A model generated the notes under the pieces. The model had not been told where the DNA came from, ran no database searches, and worked only from the letters and a program-made list of their open reading frames with translations. DNA of 59,859 bases, filler included, from Sphacelaria rigidula (Eukaryota): NCBI GenBank assembly GCA_964200075.2. It is 8 parts of 8 records of this genome, joined end to end, with 100 filler letters (N's around TTAATTAATTAA, not from the genome) between each part and the next. Parts side by side here need not be neighbours in the genome. Positions count along the whole stretch, not along the records: positions 37,476 to 44,870 come from CAXNAA020015116.1; positions 44,971 to 52,365 come from CAXNAA020015117.1; 6 more parts are not named here. One strand, written 5' to 3'. Made by a program: the position numbers and the translations under genes. Positions 37,621 through 50,105 of this stretch are shown here, piece after piece (the stretch's first letter is position 1; each line of letters starts with the position of its first letter).

Positions 37621-37785
37621 AAGATGAGCTCCGATCGAAAATGTTGTCGTGTATGTCGTTGCGGTTCGATCCGAGAACCACCCGGGCCCCAAATTGGTTG
37701 TTTTCAAAGACGTTGTCGTACACCTCGCAGTTGGCGGACTCCAGTAGCGTCAGTCCAGCGTGCTTGTTGTTGTATACATGGTTGT
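37621..37785 (-). CDS. MC5E exon g
   Basis: accag|NHVYNNKHAGLTLLESANCEVYDNVFENNQFGARVVLGSNRNDIHDNIFDRSSS|gtgagt, 165 nt. Confidence 0.92.
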
Positions 37786-40700
37786 CTGGTGGTGGTGGTG
37801 GTGGTGGTGGTGGTGGCGGTGGTGGCGGTGTTGTCGCCGTTGCCGAGGTATCCATGAGTAAATCGAGCACGTAAAACCACAAACAAGGAAAGTTAACGAG
37901 ATGGGTTCTCTACCATCACTGTCAAAGCAACTACGGGCAACAGGGTCAGCGTCCGAACATTCTCTTCACTCTGCCAGGGGCGTCACACGCACCAACCGAA
38001 CCCAGACAAGGATGCTGAAAACGCGGAGTAGTTCATCATGAAAGACAACGTGTAAATATTTAACAGGCGACGTCGGTTAACGTCGGTTACTGTTCTTAGG
38101 TGCATATACAGTATCAGTTTAAAAGAGATTCTCCCATATAAATAGCGTGAGTACTGTGATTGATTAGAAAAGCCAAGCTTTCGTGTTTGCTTAATACGCT
38201 CCATGTTTACGTGCGCCAATGAACGTGGAGTGAACCCCATTCACTTCATGCCCGAGACTATTCGAACTGCCATCCAACTCGTAGGTGTTGTCTCAAGCGT
38301 ATACGGTTCACCGCCCATGGCCCCCGTTGCATATTTGGGTTTGCTGGTACGTCCTCGAACGAGGGATGTGGCATACAGACATACTAGGGTAAAATGGGAT
38401 TCCACTCTTGATCGTCAGATTTGCGCATTTCTACGTGTGTGCTATACCGTTGTTTGTGCCGTGTGCTAAACAACCATGAAACCATTGTATTTGATGCAGG
38501 GTGTACAGCAGACGGCTTCACGGAAATTTGTTGCTCTGTGTTCGGAACGCAAATTCCTTGAAAAACTTCCTCGTTCAACGGCGTAACACTCACTGTAAAC
38601 CTTGGCGTCATTGCTGCTGCGGTGAAGGTAGATCCCGGTCTTATCCCCGTTGAACACCTCGTTGTCATGGATGGTCACATTGTTGCATCTCTTTGAGGCA
38701 ATAATTCCTGCACAACACGACACCCACAGTGACATTCAGAGGGTACAGTCTACTTCAGAAAACGACTGTATCCTTTCGGTCACGTACTCATGTATGGAAC
38801 ATGAGCAATCGCTGTCCTGAATACAACCCTTGCCATACTGATATTTTCGTTGGAAGACACGCAGCTGAGACATGAAAGAAATATGACAAGTCACAACCTA
38901 CCTGAATTTTTACTCGATATCCACGCGCGATTCACGGTAAGACATGGCAGGAATGGCGGGGATCTCTCTAAAACGGTGGGATGCTCACCATGGTTTTTGT
39001 TGTTGTAGACCTTGTTATGGGAGATAATCAAGTCGTCGCTGTCGTCGTGGGGATCAAATCTGATGCCCCACAATTTGCGACCGGAATTGTTTGCCCCCAG
39101 AACATCGCGGGTCGGTGGCGTTTCAAAGCGTTGCGAATGCAGCAGAGATCATAGAGAGAGAGAGAGAGAGAGAGAGAGATGAGTGTGCGATTCATGGTGT
39201 ATTTTTCGGCAAGCAGAACCCAGCGTCACGACGATTGAGTTGTGTGCTCAAATTGCAGCTCTACTTTGTGTAAATACGTGAATCATGCAGCGCTATGACC
39301 AGACTCCTGGCCATGCATTTTTGCTGTTTTCATGAGCACTGAAATCGTAAATCTGATGATGTTGTAAGGTCATGGTGCGCTTCGATTATAACTAGCGCCA
39401 CGCCCCAACGATAGTCCGCAATACCATACAGTTCGACTGGATCACAGCACTTCCTCTGTGCTCTACAGTAGGCTGATCTCTCGGGCCCTTCTTTTTTTAT
39501 CATCACTATTATTGTCATTTGTCGAACTTTGAACCCCTCTCCTTCCTCGGGACGAGTCCGTGGTCTCAAGGGATCAACCCATCTCTCCCCAGTACCTTCG
39601 CCTCGTGTATTACGCAAATAACCCAGCGTGTCCCAGAGTCAAAGCCAAGATTGTGGTTTCAGACGCGTTGGTTTCAGCGCTCCCTTCCACACGAATCCTG
39701 CTTGCGCTGTCACTCACCCATACTGGTGGTTGTGGTGCATGGAGTTGTTGGTCCAGTGCCCCCCTTCGTGGCCATAGGTGTACATGCCTGAAGTATTGTT
39801 AGTCAGCCAGAGATGAGGTGCCAATCGATGCACAAGGTGAGCGTCATCGACAAAAAATAAAGTGCGATATTCCGGACGACCAAATGTTTTGGACAACGGT
39901 TGCAGGCTGTCTGACTCTTGACTTTCGTCTTTTTCGGGGGCCGCTTGTACTGTGTCGCTCGTACTCTCACGCCTAACACGGCGCAATTCAAGTGCTGCCG
40001 TGATTCGTTTTGGATACGAGATGCAAAAGTACTCCGGGGTGGTGGCAAGCAAAAAAACGCCTCCTACGCAAAACGTCATATCCTTGATCTATGGTGACGG
40101 TCGAGGCGACCACCTCCAACGCGTGGAAATTCGTTCCCTAACACGGACTCGTGTATGTAACTGTTACGGGGAACCCTGGCTTCGTGCACCCGAATGTTGA
40201 ACGGCGTAAAGAACAGAGGTGTGCACCGTAGTAGTTGTGGTGGATGTCGGAGTCCTTCATGTCCCCATACACTTGGACCTCATTGAAAACCTTTTATTAT
40301 CGGGGAGCAGGATGGTACAGCGAGCAGACCGCAGCGGACACAGTTGAGCGCAGCGCATGTAGCAGAGGAGTGAGGACCGGTCAGACGCTGTGTGAGGTAG
40401 CATGCTGCCGAAATGCACAAGAATATTCATCGAGAGCAGTCCTATCGCGATATCTTTGTCACCTGTTTGCAAGGATTTGCAAGGATCCAAATACATGTAG
40501 TGCACAAAATTCGACTTGACGGCCGACGAGGGAAAGGGACTGCTGAACCCTTCTCGTGATTAAAAAAATGAAGGCAAGCACCGCAGGGGGTAGGCAGAGA
40601 ACTAAACTAAATGAAAAAGAAAACACTCTTGGATTGGCCTTCCTCCCATGTGGCCCCGGCTGGTGCACCCACGTACACCGAAAGGTATAGACCGGCGTCT

Positions 40701-41660
40701 AGAATAGATGGGATGGCAACACACACTACTCGTGAGACGAAGTTTTAACCGTTCAAGTACGGGAACGGGGAATGCCTAAAACAATGCCTCAAAACCAAAA
40801 ACAAGCAATAACAAGTACCAGTCGATGGTGTTCACATTGTCGAAAAGCGAAGCACTCACTTTTTCGTTACTGAGGTCTTTGCAAAATCCCCGCACTTTCC
40901 ACGTAAGACCTGCGAATGCATACACGGCGTGGGGGTGTAGGCGAGCTAGGGCATCAGCAGTCCTACATTCGAAGATGAACTATACCTAGGAATGTAGATA
41001 GGCATACAGGATGTTGGCCTGCATTTCGACCGTTGCTGCCATGACCGAAACTGCCGGGCAGTGTTGTTGGCATGATTCAGTTTACTTTTTACGATAGCCC
41101 CCCCCCCAAAAAAGTGCCTGGTTTGGGGAGGCAAAATCTTCACGTAAATTGAAATGGAAAAAATCGAGCCCAACGGGCAGCTGGGAATTCCCACGCGTGC
41201 GTTCGTCCTCGCCAATGTCGCCCATATGAGGCGCTTTTTGCAGCCTGAACCCGAACATCAGGCGCTGTATGATCATTGTTTTCGTGACACTTTTGGGTTG
41301 GTTATCGTAGAAAGTGTCGTGAAGTATAAGACAAGGCAAACGTCCTAAAGCGAATTTTCGTCGCTCTTTTGCCATGGCTTCGTAGCGGCTCCTGTGTTCC
41401 CCATCCCGGTACCCTTGTTCTTCTCGACCGTTTTGTGGAACTGACGTAATTTTTTCTTCGCGTCTCAGGCGCAGGTTGCATTCCTGAGCTCACAAAATCA
41501 ATAACGTGTACATATCATGCTGCCACCAAGAATTCCGCATAACCTACAGATATTTACACGCTACGCTGCGGGTAGGCGTCGACGCCATTCGGTTTGTGTA
41601 CTCACCGTAGCTCTCGCTGTCGAACCAGCCAAGATAACCGATCTCGGAGCTCATCACGTC
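37621..41660 (-). CDS. Mannuronan C5-epimerase (alginate epimerase), partial gene, 7 exons, 589 nt
   Basis: All introns GT-AG and in phase; DVMSSEIGYLGWFDSESYGLTWKVRGFCKD..DIHHNYYGMYTYGH..QYGFDPHDDSD..HGIIASKRCN..GIYLHRSS..AGLTLLES; 5' exons not found and 3' end cut by the contig edge. Confidence 0.95.
38594..38707 (-). CDS. MC5E exon f
   Basis: tgcag|IIASKRCNNVTIHDNEVFNGDKTGIYLHRSSNDAKVY|gtgagt, 114 nt. Confidence 0.93.
38989..39059 (-). CDS. MC5E exon e (catalytic DPHD)
   Basis: atcag|FDPHDDSDDLIISHNKVYNNKNH(G)|gtgagc, 71 nt. Confidence 0.95.
39718..39787 (-). CDS. MC5E exon d
   Basis: ttcag|MYTYGHEGGHWTNNSMHHNHQY(G)|gtgagt, 70 nt. Confidence 0.92.
40227..40290 (-). CDS. MC5E exon c
   Basis: aaaag|VFNEVQVYGDMKDSDIHHNYY(G)|gtgcac, 64 nt. 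Confidence 0.9.
40511..40730 (+). mobile_element. SINE family 1, 3' part, inside an MC5E intron
   Basis: Reverse complement of 46020-46240; ends tagaatagatgggatggcaacacac. Confidence 0.8.
40860..40909 (-). CDS. MC5E exon b
   Basis: cgcag|LTWKVRGFCKDLSNEK|gtgagt, 50 nt. Confidence 0.92.
41606..41660 (-). CDS. MC5E exon a
   Basis: ttcag|DVMSSEIGYLGWFDSESY(G)|gtgagt, 55 nt. Confidence 0.92.
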
Positions 41661-42349
41661 CTGAACGAAAAAAGAAGGCGCGCAAAACATTGCCAACCAT
41701 CCAACCGTTTGAGAAACCAACACAGTCGAAAAAAATGGTTTCATTGCGTGAAGTGAAATGTCCAACGTGCTACTGCTACACAGGAAGTATCAAGTGCCTA
41801 CGAGACGAAACACAGGATATGCACAGCTCAAGTCTGCGTCACTATGTCACAATAATCACTGAGCTATCAATTCAGCGCTCACTGTCTTGATCGAATGTAC
41901 TCACACTCAAGGATAAAATGCATGTGCATGCGACATGTTCCTGGGTATGGCGGAAATGCCGTTCGGTATTGAATCGTGACTTTTCGGGGAATTACGGATA
42001 GAAGGGTTGTCTTGTTGTTTGGGAATCACCATGACCCGAGTTACGGTATAGCCGATATCATGCCTGCACCAAGGATCCACGGAAGGGACGGAATTTGAAG
42101 TGTGCTTCCAATTGTCACGGATTTCGTTGGTATGAGCGTACCCCTCTGTGTTCGGTGTCCTTCGGCAGTGTACTTGGGCAGTTCTTTGACAGTTGTTCGT
42201 TTGCGTTTTCTTGAGTTCGTCGAGAACTCAAATGGATATAATATGAAACACATGGTTTTTGGTCTACATTAGCCCCGCGCGGCCACCTGCGGCCACCTGC
42301 ATCTCTCGACGATGCACCCGAATCACGACGTGCCCGATGATGCTAGCGT

Positions 42350-42640
42350 GATCGGACAACTCGAATTTGCTGGGGAGTATTATTTTCTGAGTAATTGAAG
42401 CTCTAAGGACCGAACGAGTTGCTAGGAGGGGGATGTTATGATTCATTTGAGCTCTGTGGAGCGAACGAGTTCGCGGATTATTTTACTCAGAGTATTTCAG
42501 GCTCCGTGGAACGAACGAGCTTTCCGGGTATTGTCTGACTCCGAGTCTTAGGTTCTGTGGAGAGAACGCGTTTGCTGAATATTATTTCTCTCTGGATACT
42601 TCAGGCTCTGTGGAGCAAACGACTTTGCTGGAGAGTCTCT
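42350..42640. repeat. Degenerate minisatellite, about 51-bp unit, about 6 copies
   Basis: ctctgtggagcgaacgagtt-like motif at about 42401, 42452, 42502, 42553, 42605. Confidence 0.85.
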
Positions 42641-44454
42641 GTCGTGTTATGACATAGAGGGATGAAGCTTGCAGGTCCTCACTGATGTCAATCATATCAA
42701 CTATTCTAGACAGCTGATAGACGGTCGATGTCACGGGGTTGATGATGATGTTTGGAGGCGAGCATATCTTGTTTTTCTATGATACAGGCAGGTAGGAATG
42801 CTGTGCATGTTTGTGTTCGAGCATATCTCTAATATTATGGCGTTTCGATTTGGTTAATTCGATTCGAATTTGGGTTTCTTTTTCTACCTCCCAGAAAAAT
42901 TGAAACGAAAAAACCGCCGCTGCAAAATTCTATTTTGCAGTATCTTTTTTTCATGTGTCATTTCGAGCAGATACATTGTATAGGGTGAACGAAAATAATT
43001 GGTGGGAATTTCCGGTTGAGCATCGGAACACGGTTACCATGTGGCCATCATCTTCGTATGAGATGACAATCGTCTACAGTATGTCGACCGTAAGGATCGA
43101 GTTTCATGAAAAAGACAGGTTCCGATTGCCATGTGAACGGGACGTTTTGAATCATTTGAGTGTCAGAGACTCGAGCGTGTCACTTGAATGCCAGCATAAA
43201 TTTTGAGGGCGCTGAAGGGATCTCTACTGTGCGTTTATCTGTTGTGGTTTCTTACTGCTTCAAGGAAGATCGGGTTAATGGTAAATGACTGAGGCTGCCA
43301 TCCGTAGCTTGAGTTTCGTTTCAATGTACTCACTGCCTGACGCTAAAAGTTGACAAAACGAACCATTGATAGATTACGAAGTATTGACAAAGAGACTGAA
43401 GATTTAAGGTTTCGATTGCTAAAGTGGGTGAATATACGACTTCTGTGCATGGCTGAAAAGGCTTATTATGTTCATGGCAGGATGGGGTTTTCATTTTCTG
43501 TTCCTGGTGGTATAGTGTTGGGTACAGTAAATGTTTGGTAATGCTGTTTTTCTCTCTCGTTTTTCAGGATGAACTATGAGGACCCGAGCCGTCAGCAGGG
43601 AGGCTGATCGAATATACTCACACTCAAGGATAATCAAAACCCTTCATCACTTCGATACGAGATGAAATTCTTGAGCGTTTGATATCGACAAATTTCGAAA
43701 AAAATCCGGCGAAATTCGGCGAAGCCGACGTACGAGCGCAGCGAGCGGGCTTGCACAGTGAGCGGGTGAGCGCAGCCGAATAGGCTAACTGTGCAAGCCC
43801 CAAACAGCTCCCCTCGGCTGGCAAGGGGTCCACGCGGGAGAAGCCGCCGGAAGCAAGAAAAATTGGTCTATTTAGCTTTATTTCCCATCAAAAATTGGCC
43901 CGCTGTAATCAATAATCAAGGCCCCCCAGCCTTGGAGAAATTAACATGTCAGGGTTTAACAAAACTCAACGACCACTGGGGCGTTACCAAATCTGCCCTC
44001 AGAAATAAGAGTAAATTTGCACCCAAGAAATTCTAGGATAACTGAAAGAAGGTTCGAAAAAGGAAGCATGACCAGCACTACTCGAAGCATTTCCGGTAGA
44101 GTCAGGAGCATAAAACGGGGTTCCACAAGTTGCGGATGGATTATTTTCGAGGATGAGCCTTAGGAAGCGTCAGAAGAATCGAAACACTGTGAAAAAAAAT
44201 GCAAACGCACTCTCCGGCTGTGATATGCGGCCTCACTCATCCTCGAAAAAAGTCCATGCACAATGTGTAGAATCCTGTGTTATCAGGGGTGAAAAATGGG
44301 AACGAACTTTCTGTATGGGAATAGACGGACGTCAAAATTATTCGGAATTAACACGGGATTTTACAAATTGCTCTATTTTTTTCAAGTGAGCGAGGCCACA
44401 CATTATGGTCGGAGAAATGCATTCAACAACATGTTCATGAGATCAGCACGGGTA

Positions 44455-44800
44455 TTTTTTTGGGGACGGAATTTTTTTCGTTATCCACACCAAGACGGTC
44501 GAATCGTCAGAAACGCCCGTCACCCCTCTAAAAGTTTGTGATCTGACGGGAATTATGGCGTAGAAAGATGTGAACCTGACGTGGTCAGTGCAGGTTATGA
44601 GGGAAAATGTGTCCAAATTTAGCAAAAACAAAAATGTTTCGCACATTTTCGGCCGTATCTCATGGATCGCGTCATCAATTTCGAATCTGGTTGCGCCAAA
44701 ATTCCCGTCAGATCACGAGCTTTCAGGAGGGTGACGGTCGTTTCCGACGATTCGACCGTCTCAGTTTAGTCACGAAAAACCTCGCGTTCCGAAAAAAAAA
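44455..44800. mobile_element. Foldback/MITE with long TIRs
   Basis: agacggtcgaatcgtc..gtgatctgacgggaatt pairs with aattcccgtcagatcac..gacgattcgaccgtct. Confidence 0.8.
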
Positions 44801-44870
44801 CGTTCCTAAAACAGCCAATCATCTATGTTGAGGATGGTGCTTTTGATTGAGGATGAGAACCCGGAGGATT

Positions 44871-44970
44871 NNNNNNNNNNNNNNNNNNNNNNNNNNNNNN
44901 NNNNNNNNNNNNNNTTAATTAATTAANNNNNNNNNNNNNNNNNNNNNNNNNNNNNNNNNNNNNNNNNNNN
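44871..44970. other. Artificial assembly spacer
   Basis: Identical N44-TTAATTAATTAA-N44 spacer. Confidence 0.99.
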
Positions 44971-45075
44971 TGGGCATGGCGTCAGAAAAATTCCCAAATC
45001 GCTCCGGGAATCGAACCCCACAACTCAACCCTCAGAAGGTTACGACGTTACCAACTGAGCCACCGGGGCGACCGG
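44971..45075 (-). mobile_element. SINE family 1 tRNA-like head
   Basis: ccggtcgccccggTGGCTCAGTTGG...GGTTCGATTCCcgg; cut by contig edge. Confidence 0.85.
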
Positions 45076-46019
45076 CAAGACGAACTATGGAGGCTCTATT
45101 TGCGGAACTCTTCGGGACTTTTTGGTACACTGTTTTCCAGTATCGCTCAAAATTTCTGCGGCTGGTATATGTATTGGGAAAAGAAGCAGGTCGTGCTCAG
45201 GACGCAAAATCTCAATGATATGATTTCGGAGTATGCAGACTAATGTCTCGCTTATAAGGCTTCTTGTTTCCGGTCCTGATCCAAATTTGCGTTTTCCGGC
45301 ACAGTTATAATGAAAAGCTAGAAGAGCATAGCCCAAGTCCGCAGAACTCTTCGCCGTGACGATCGCGATTGGTGCGACCGAGTGAAATTTCGGAAGAGTT
45401 AGAACTGGGGGCTGTGTGGCCCAGGACCCCCGATGACCGGTCCGCCCGTGCTTGGTTCAATAGTGATTGTAGAAAAAACGTTCTTCCGGAATTCGGAGCG
45501 CGTACCCATATTTTCGGATCCCTGAATATTTAGATGAAATGTTCGCCGTGATGAGCGCGGTGGCAAGCAAGAAAGCTGAAATAATCACTTACTGCAAATG
45601 TTTCATTATTTATTTGGTGCAGCGCATAATGTACCTGAAAACTCTTCGGCAGCATGTCGGTAAATATTGTACCACATCACAAAACGCTGGACGTTCGGCC
45701 GTGTGATTGTCCGACACAGCCTGCACCTGGTTGTAGTCGTAAATCATCCAGATCTGTAAGTGTCCCATTGTCCATATCAGCAGAACTAACTGTCTATTTC
45801 TCGGACTGGTGTCACAGTAACTATTTACGATACAGCAACCACCAATCTTCGACAAATAAATCGAGAATCGACTCTTCTCTGCGGGTGAACCTTGAGAACC
45901 ACCAAAGGAATCGGGGTATTTTCGAAATAAAACTGGAAACGCACTCTCCAGCCGTGATGCGAGGCATTGCCCACCCTCTAGAGAAGCCATTCGCAATTTG
46001 TGAAATCACATGTGTATGT

Positions 46020-46374
46020 GTTGTTGTGTTGTCTTGTCATCCCATCTATTCTGAACGCCGGTGAACACCTTTCGGTATATGTGGGCGCACCAGACAGGAA
46101 GAAGGTCAACACAGGAGTTGTTTTCTTTCTTGGTTTGTTTTTTGGTACTCCACCTTCCTTCTGCGGTGCTTGCCTTGTTTTTTTTATAGCGAGAGGGATC
46201 CAGCGGTCCCTTTCCCTCGTCGACCGTTGAGTCGAATGTTTTGTACCCACGACATAGTCGCTCTCCACTGTTGGGCATGGTGTGAGAAAAACCCCACATC
46301 GCTCCGAGAGTTGAACCCACGACCCAACCGTCAGAACGTTTCGAGGTTACCAACTGAGCCACCGGGGCGACCGG
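46020..46374 (-). mobile_element. SINE family 1, near full length (about 355 bp)
   Basis: tRNA-like head with A/B boxes at 46300-46374, body, and CA-rich tail; five related pieces in the window. Confidence 0.85.
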
Positions 46375-46574
46375 GTGTTGTGTATGCCGAACATGTTTTA
46401 CGCCCGTTCATTCCCGTACAAAAACAATGTTTTCGTTCGTCAGAACCCCCTGGTGGCACGGAATTTTCACAATTTGAACACGGATTTTCTCTCTCGGGAT
46501 GAGCGAGGCCATACCTCACGGCCGGTTAATGCATTTTCATTTTGGTTCAGAGCGTATTTCGATGCTTGTGAAAG

Positions 46575-47238
46575 TTCCACACGTCGGACGAGTCATTAGT
46601 CGTCGAAACGAGTGCACTTGTGAACGCTTTTTGGAAACACAACGAGCATGACTCGTGTGCTCGAGTCATCACTTTTTCCTACGACGAGCAATAACTCGTG
46701 TGCTCGAGTCATTACTTTTTTTCACAACGAGCAATGAGTCGTGCGCTCGAGTCATCACTTCTTTTTACAACGAGCAATGACTAGAGTGCTCGCCTTATTA
46801 GTTTGTTTCCACAACGAGCAATGACTCGAGGGCTCGCCCTATTAATCCTTTTGGGACCGACCCCCCACTAACACGGGGTTGACCACGTGATAGTAAAATA
46901 ATAAAAATAAGTCAGGGAGCGACCTGCTCAATCACGGCGAGGCGACATTTATCGACAAGACCCGAACTACCTGCGCGGGGACTGTTCCCGAGTGTTCCCT
47001 ATTGGTCGTTCTGGAGGCTCGGTCCCGAAGGAGTTGTTTTTTTCCACAACGAGCGATGACTCGAGGGCTTGCCCTATAAGTTTTCCCCACAACAAGCAGT
47101 GACTCGAGTGCTCGCCCAATTATTTTTTCCTCACAACGAGCAATGACTCGAGGGCTCGCCCTGTTAATTTTTACGGCCCACGCAGCCCAACGAGTGCGAG
47201 TGCTACGAGTCACACTCGTGCTCGTCCGACGTGTGGAA
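46575..47238. mobile_element. TIR element filled with about 41-bp tandem repeats
   Basis: 18-bp perfect TIR ttccacacgtcggacgag / ctcgtccgacgtgtggaa; unit acaacgagcaatgactcg..gctcg.. Confidence 0.85.
46843..47036. mobile_element. Nested piggyBac-like MITE interrupting the repeat array
   Basis: taatccttttgggaccga ... tcggtcccgaaggagtt; left end at a TTAA. Confidence 0.6.
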
Positions 47239-47646
47239 AGTTCCCAAGGCTCATCCTCAATGAACAATGCATCCGCAATTTGTGAAATCTCGTCTCAATA
47301 GTTGAGAAGCTGTACGGACGTGTCCATGTGGTCTGGCGCTCGCGCTCCGGAACGCAATGGTTGAATACGGCCTGCGTTTTAGTACCGACCATCATGTTCG
47401 GGTCTTTACACGGCATACACAGTCCCAAAACCTCTCAACAGCAGTCATCAGCTTCGATCAAAACAACTCCTTTATACCTATCCAGCTGGTTAGCTATACG
47501 CACACCTCAGTTTTCCGACGCTGGCGAGTTTGGTTCATAACGGCCATTCATGGAATCAACGACAATGAGCACAATCAACAAACACAAGCTACACAGCGCG
47601 CTCAGAGACAAAAACGATCTCACTCTCCCCACCCACCCGCACTCAC

Positions 47647-47810
47647 GAGTTCTCCTGCCTCGCGTGAGCTTCAGCCCACACAGTCGAGTGTCTATACGTT
47701 GGATCCATGAGTGTTTGCAGCACCTCCAAGAACCCCTCGTACTGCTCCACTACCCCAACAACCCAAAACGTCTGGAGGTTATCCACAGCATTTTTGGTCA
47801 TTAGGTGCAC
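47647..47810 (-). CDS. Internal exon of a carbohydrate sulfotransferase-like protein (Sulfotransfer_2 / Gal-3-O-ST type)
   Basis: aatag|164 nt VHLMTKNAVDNLQTFWVVGVVEQYEGFLEVLQTLMDP..|gtgagt; A..NL..F.VVG..E.Y..F motif. Confidence 0.65.
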
Positions 47811-49020
47811 CTATTTCCACCGAGGGGGGGAGAGAAGGGGGGAGGGGGGGAAGGAGAGGGCGGGTGATACGAGAGAACGTTTGTACAACAAACGTGACTC
47901 GATTCTAGATCATTTCACCTCAGAAAGGACTATTGATAAAACCTATCGAGTGAGCTTTCCGGTGTCCCTGAGAGGAAATCAGTATGCCTCGCTACGTCGC
48001 CACTAGACCCGAGGAGCCACGGTACACCGGGAGCAGCCATTCTCTTTGAGTGATACTGTTTGTTGAACAGTCGTCGCAAGTCGGCGAGGAAGCTTTGGAC
48101 TACCCTCCTCGTAAGTCATCTAGTCCTGGCGTACGGTCAGCGCCGGGTACCAAAAATACACAACCATTTTTGCATTTCAGGGTCGAAACCTGATCACCAG
48201 CTTATTAGCCGTTTGCGAACACGACATTTATTGCGTATAACACCCCGTATATCTGACATTAGTGGTCCTTCTTCACATGTTTATCGAGTGTCAGGGAACT
48301 GGAGAGTTAGATCTATTCAGACAGCTCTGCATCGAACACGCGAAATGGTCTGATCCTAGCTGTGCTACGCGTGCGATCGCGCCAAATTCAGAATTCACCC
48401 CGCAGACTTTCGTTTTATTGTTGAGAGAGAGAGGGACTCCTCAAGCTTTTCGCACCCGCGCTAATGACCTGCGTCGAAGGACGTCGACATTTTCCCCCAA
48501 CGACCTAAACATCTTTCGCAACTGGTCTCATCGGTGCTTTGCGGGCAATAAATTGTTGAAGGCGCCGTCTCTGCATGTCGTGCGCGCCTAGTCTAGGCAT
48601 GACGATGAAGTGACTTTATCGACAGTCCAAATGATCAAGGGTGGTTTTGCCCGTTGTGCCGGGTAGTTTGGGATCAAGACACTGTGCGTTGTGATGTAGT
48701 ATCGCCAAAAAAGTATTTGAACAACAGAGCGGTGCCAAGATACGATCAAGGTATTCATATCCTGTCATAGCGGCGTTCGTTAGCACAATGATCATCTTCC
48801 GAAGGGAGCTTGATCACACAGTCAGCGCCGGAGAAGTCTCACAGGCGGCAAATCCCGGTGGTAATATGCGGCGAGTGATGGAAACAAGTAATAAACGTGA
48901 TATGTATCAGGTCAACATCATCAATGTACTATGTCTCATTGAAGTGCAGTCTCGAATGGAAAATTGCGGAGGGAGAGACACCTCGATGTAATAATTAGCC
49001 CAGATCTACAACAAGTAATA

Positions 49021-49530
49021 GTCGATAACCGAAATCGAGGATGGATCTTTCGTTGAGCACGAGAACCCGGGCGATTGAAATCTTCGTATCCACACCAAAT
49101 CTTCGAAATATGGTGCCATTCCTTCACCTACTGGTAGCTATTGACAACTGCTACGCACTACAAGTCTGGATTTCGATACCCGGAATGTTGGGGTCCTAGA
49201 TGAAGAAAACATTTTGGGAAATTACGGCGATCGGTGACGAAATTTCCCAAAATGTTTTCTTCATCTAGGACCCCAACATTCCGGGTATCGAAATCCAGAC
49301 TTGTAGTATGTAGCAGTTTTCAACAGCTACCAATCGGATAACCGAAATTCCCCAAAAATTGTTTTTTACCTAGGACCCGAACATTTCGGGTATCAAAATC
49401 CAGACTTGTAGTGCGTAGCAGTTGTCAATAGCTACCAGTAGGTGAAGGGGTGGAACCATATTACGAAGATTTTAATCCTCCGGGTTCTCATCCTCAATGA
49501 AAAGCTCCATCCTCAATTCCGATGATCGGC
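49021..49530. mobile_element. Foldback family E copy with a duplicated arm segment
   Basis: gtatccacaccaaatcttcgaaatat..cacctactggtagctattgacaactgcta as at 32780-32855; right-arm segment present twice. Confidence 0.85.
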
Positions 49531-49579
49531 TGTTACGTGTGTGCCATCCACGTCTACGACAAGTGACTACGCGGATGGA

Positions 49580-50105
49580 TTCGGATCGTCGTGGCATTTC
49601 CGTCCCGGGTGGTACAACGGCTAACAGAGCATCACGAGAAATGGGGCTGAGCATCAAAAAGAGGTTCAACTCCAAAAGAGTGTTTTTCCTGACCTCAATT
49701 CATGCCATGTGGCTTTCATATGGACGAACGCATGCCGCCCGACCTCCCTGAAACTATCCAGGGGGGGTTCCCGTCTTTCGTTTTCCAAAGGGTATTTGTG
49801 AAAGCACAATTTTTGGGCTAAAAAGCGTCCCTTTTTTCATCCCGATATCGAGGCAAAAATGTGCTTCCGCACATATCCTTTCGGGGGACGGAAGGCGGGA
49901 AATACCCTAAAATAGTTTCAGGGTGGTCGATGGGGCATGGGGTCGTCCACATGAACGTCATATGCCACGGCTTTCGGTCAGGGAAAGCACTGGTTTGGAA
50001 TTGAACCTCATATTTGTGTTCAACCCCATTTCTCGGGCTGTCCTTCTATTTACTACTAGCCAGACAGCACACTCTTTCGTTGACGCCGATGCAATTCATC
50101 CGCTC
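49580..50105. mobile_element. Older foldback element (degenerate palindrome)
   Basis: gagaaatgggg..gaggttcaactcc..ccctgaaactat pairs with atagtttcaggg..ggaattgaacctc..ccccatttctc. Confidence 0.75.

Noticed and set aside
44995..45075. Functional tRNA genes (also 11651, 14991, 46300)
   Set aside because: A/B boxes present but no convincing cloverleaf; embedded in multi-copy SINE bodies
46635..47165. CRISPR-like array (also considered at 36488, 42350, 51545)
   Set aside because: Units are head-to-tail with no unique spacers, there are no cas genes, and the context is eukaryotic
37621..47810. Cell-wall gene cluster (epimerase plus sulfotransferase)
   Set aside because: The two lie on different contigs joined artificially
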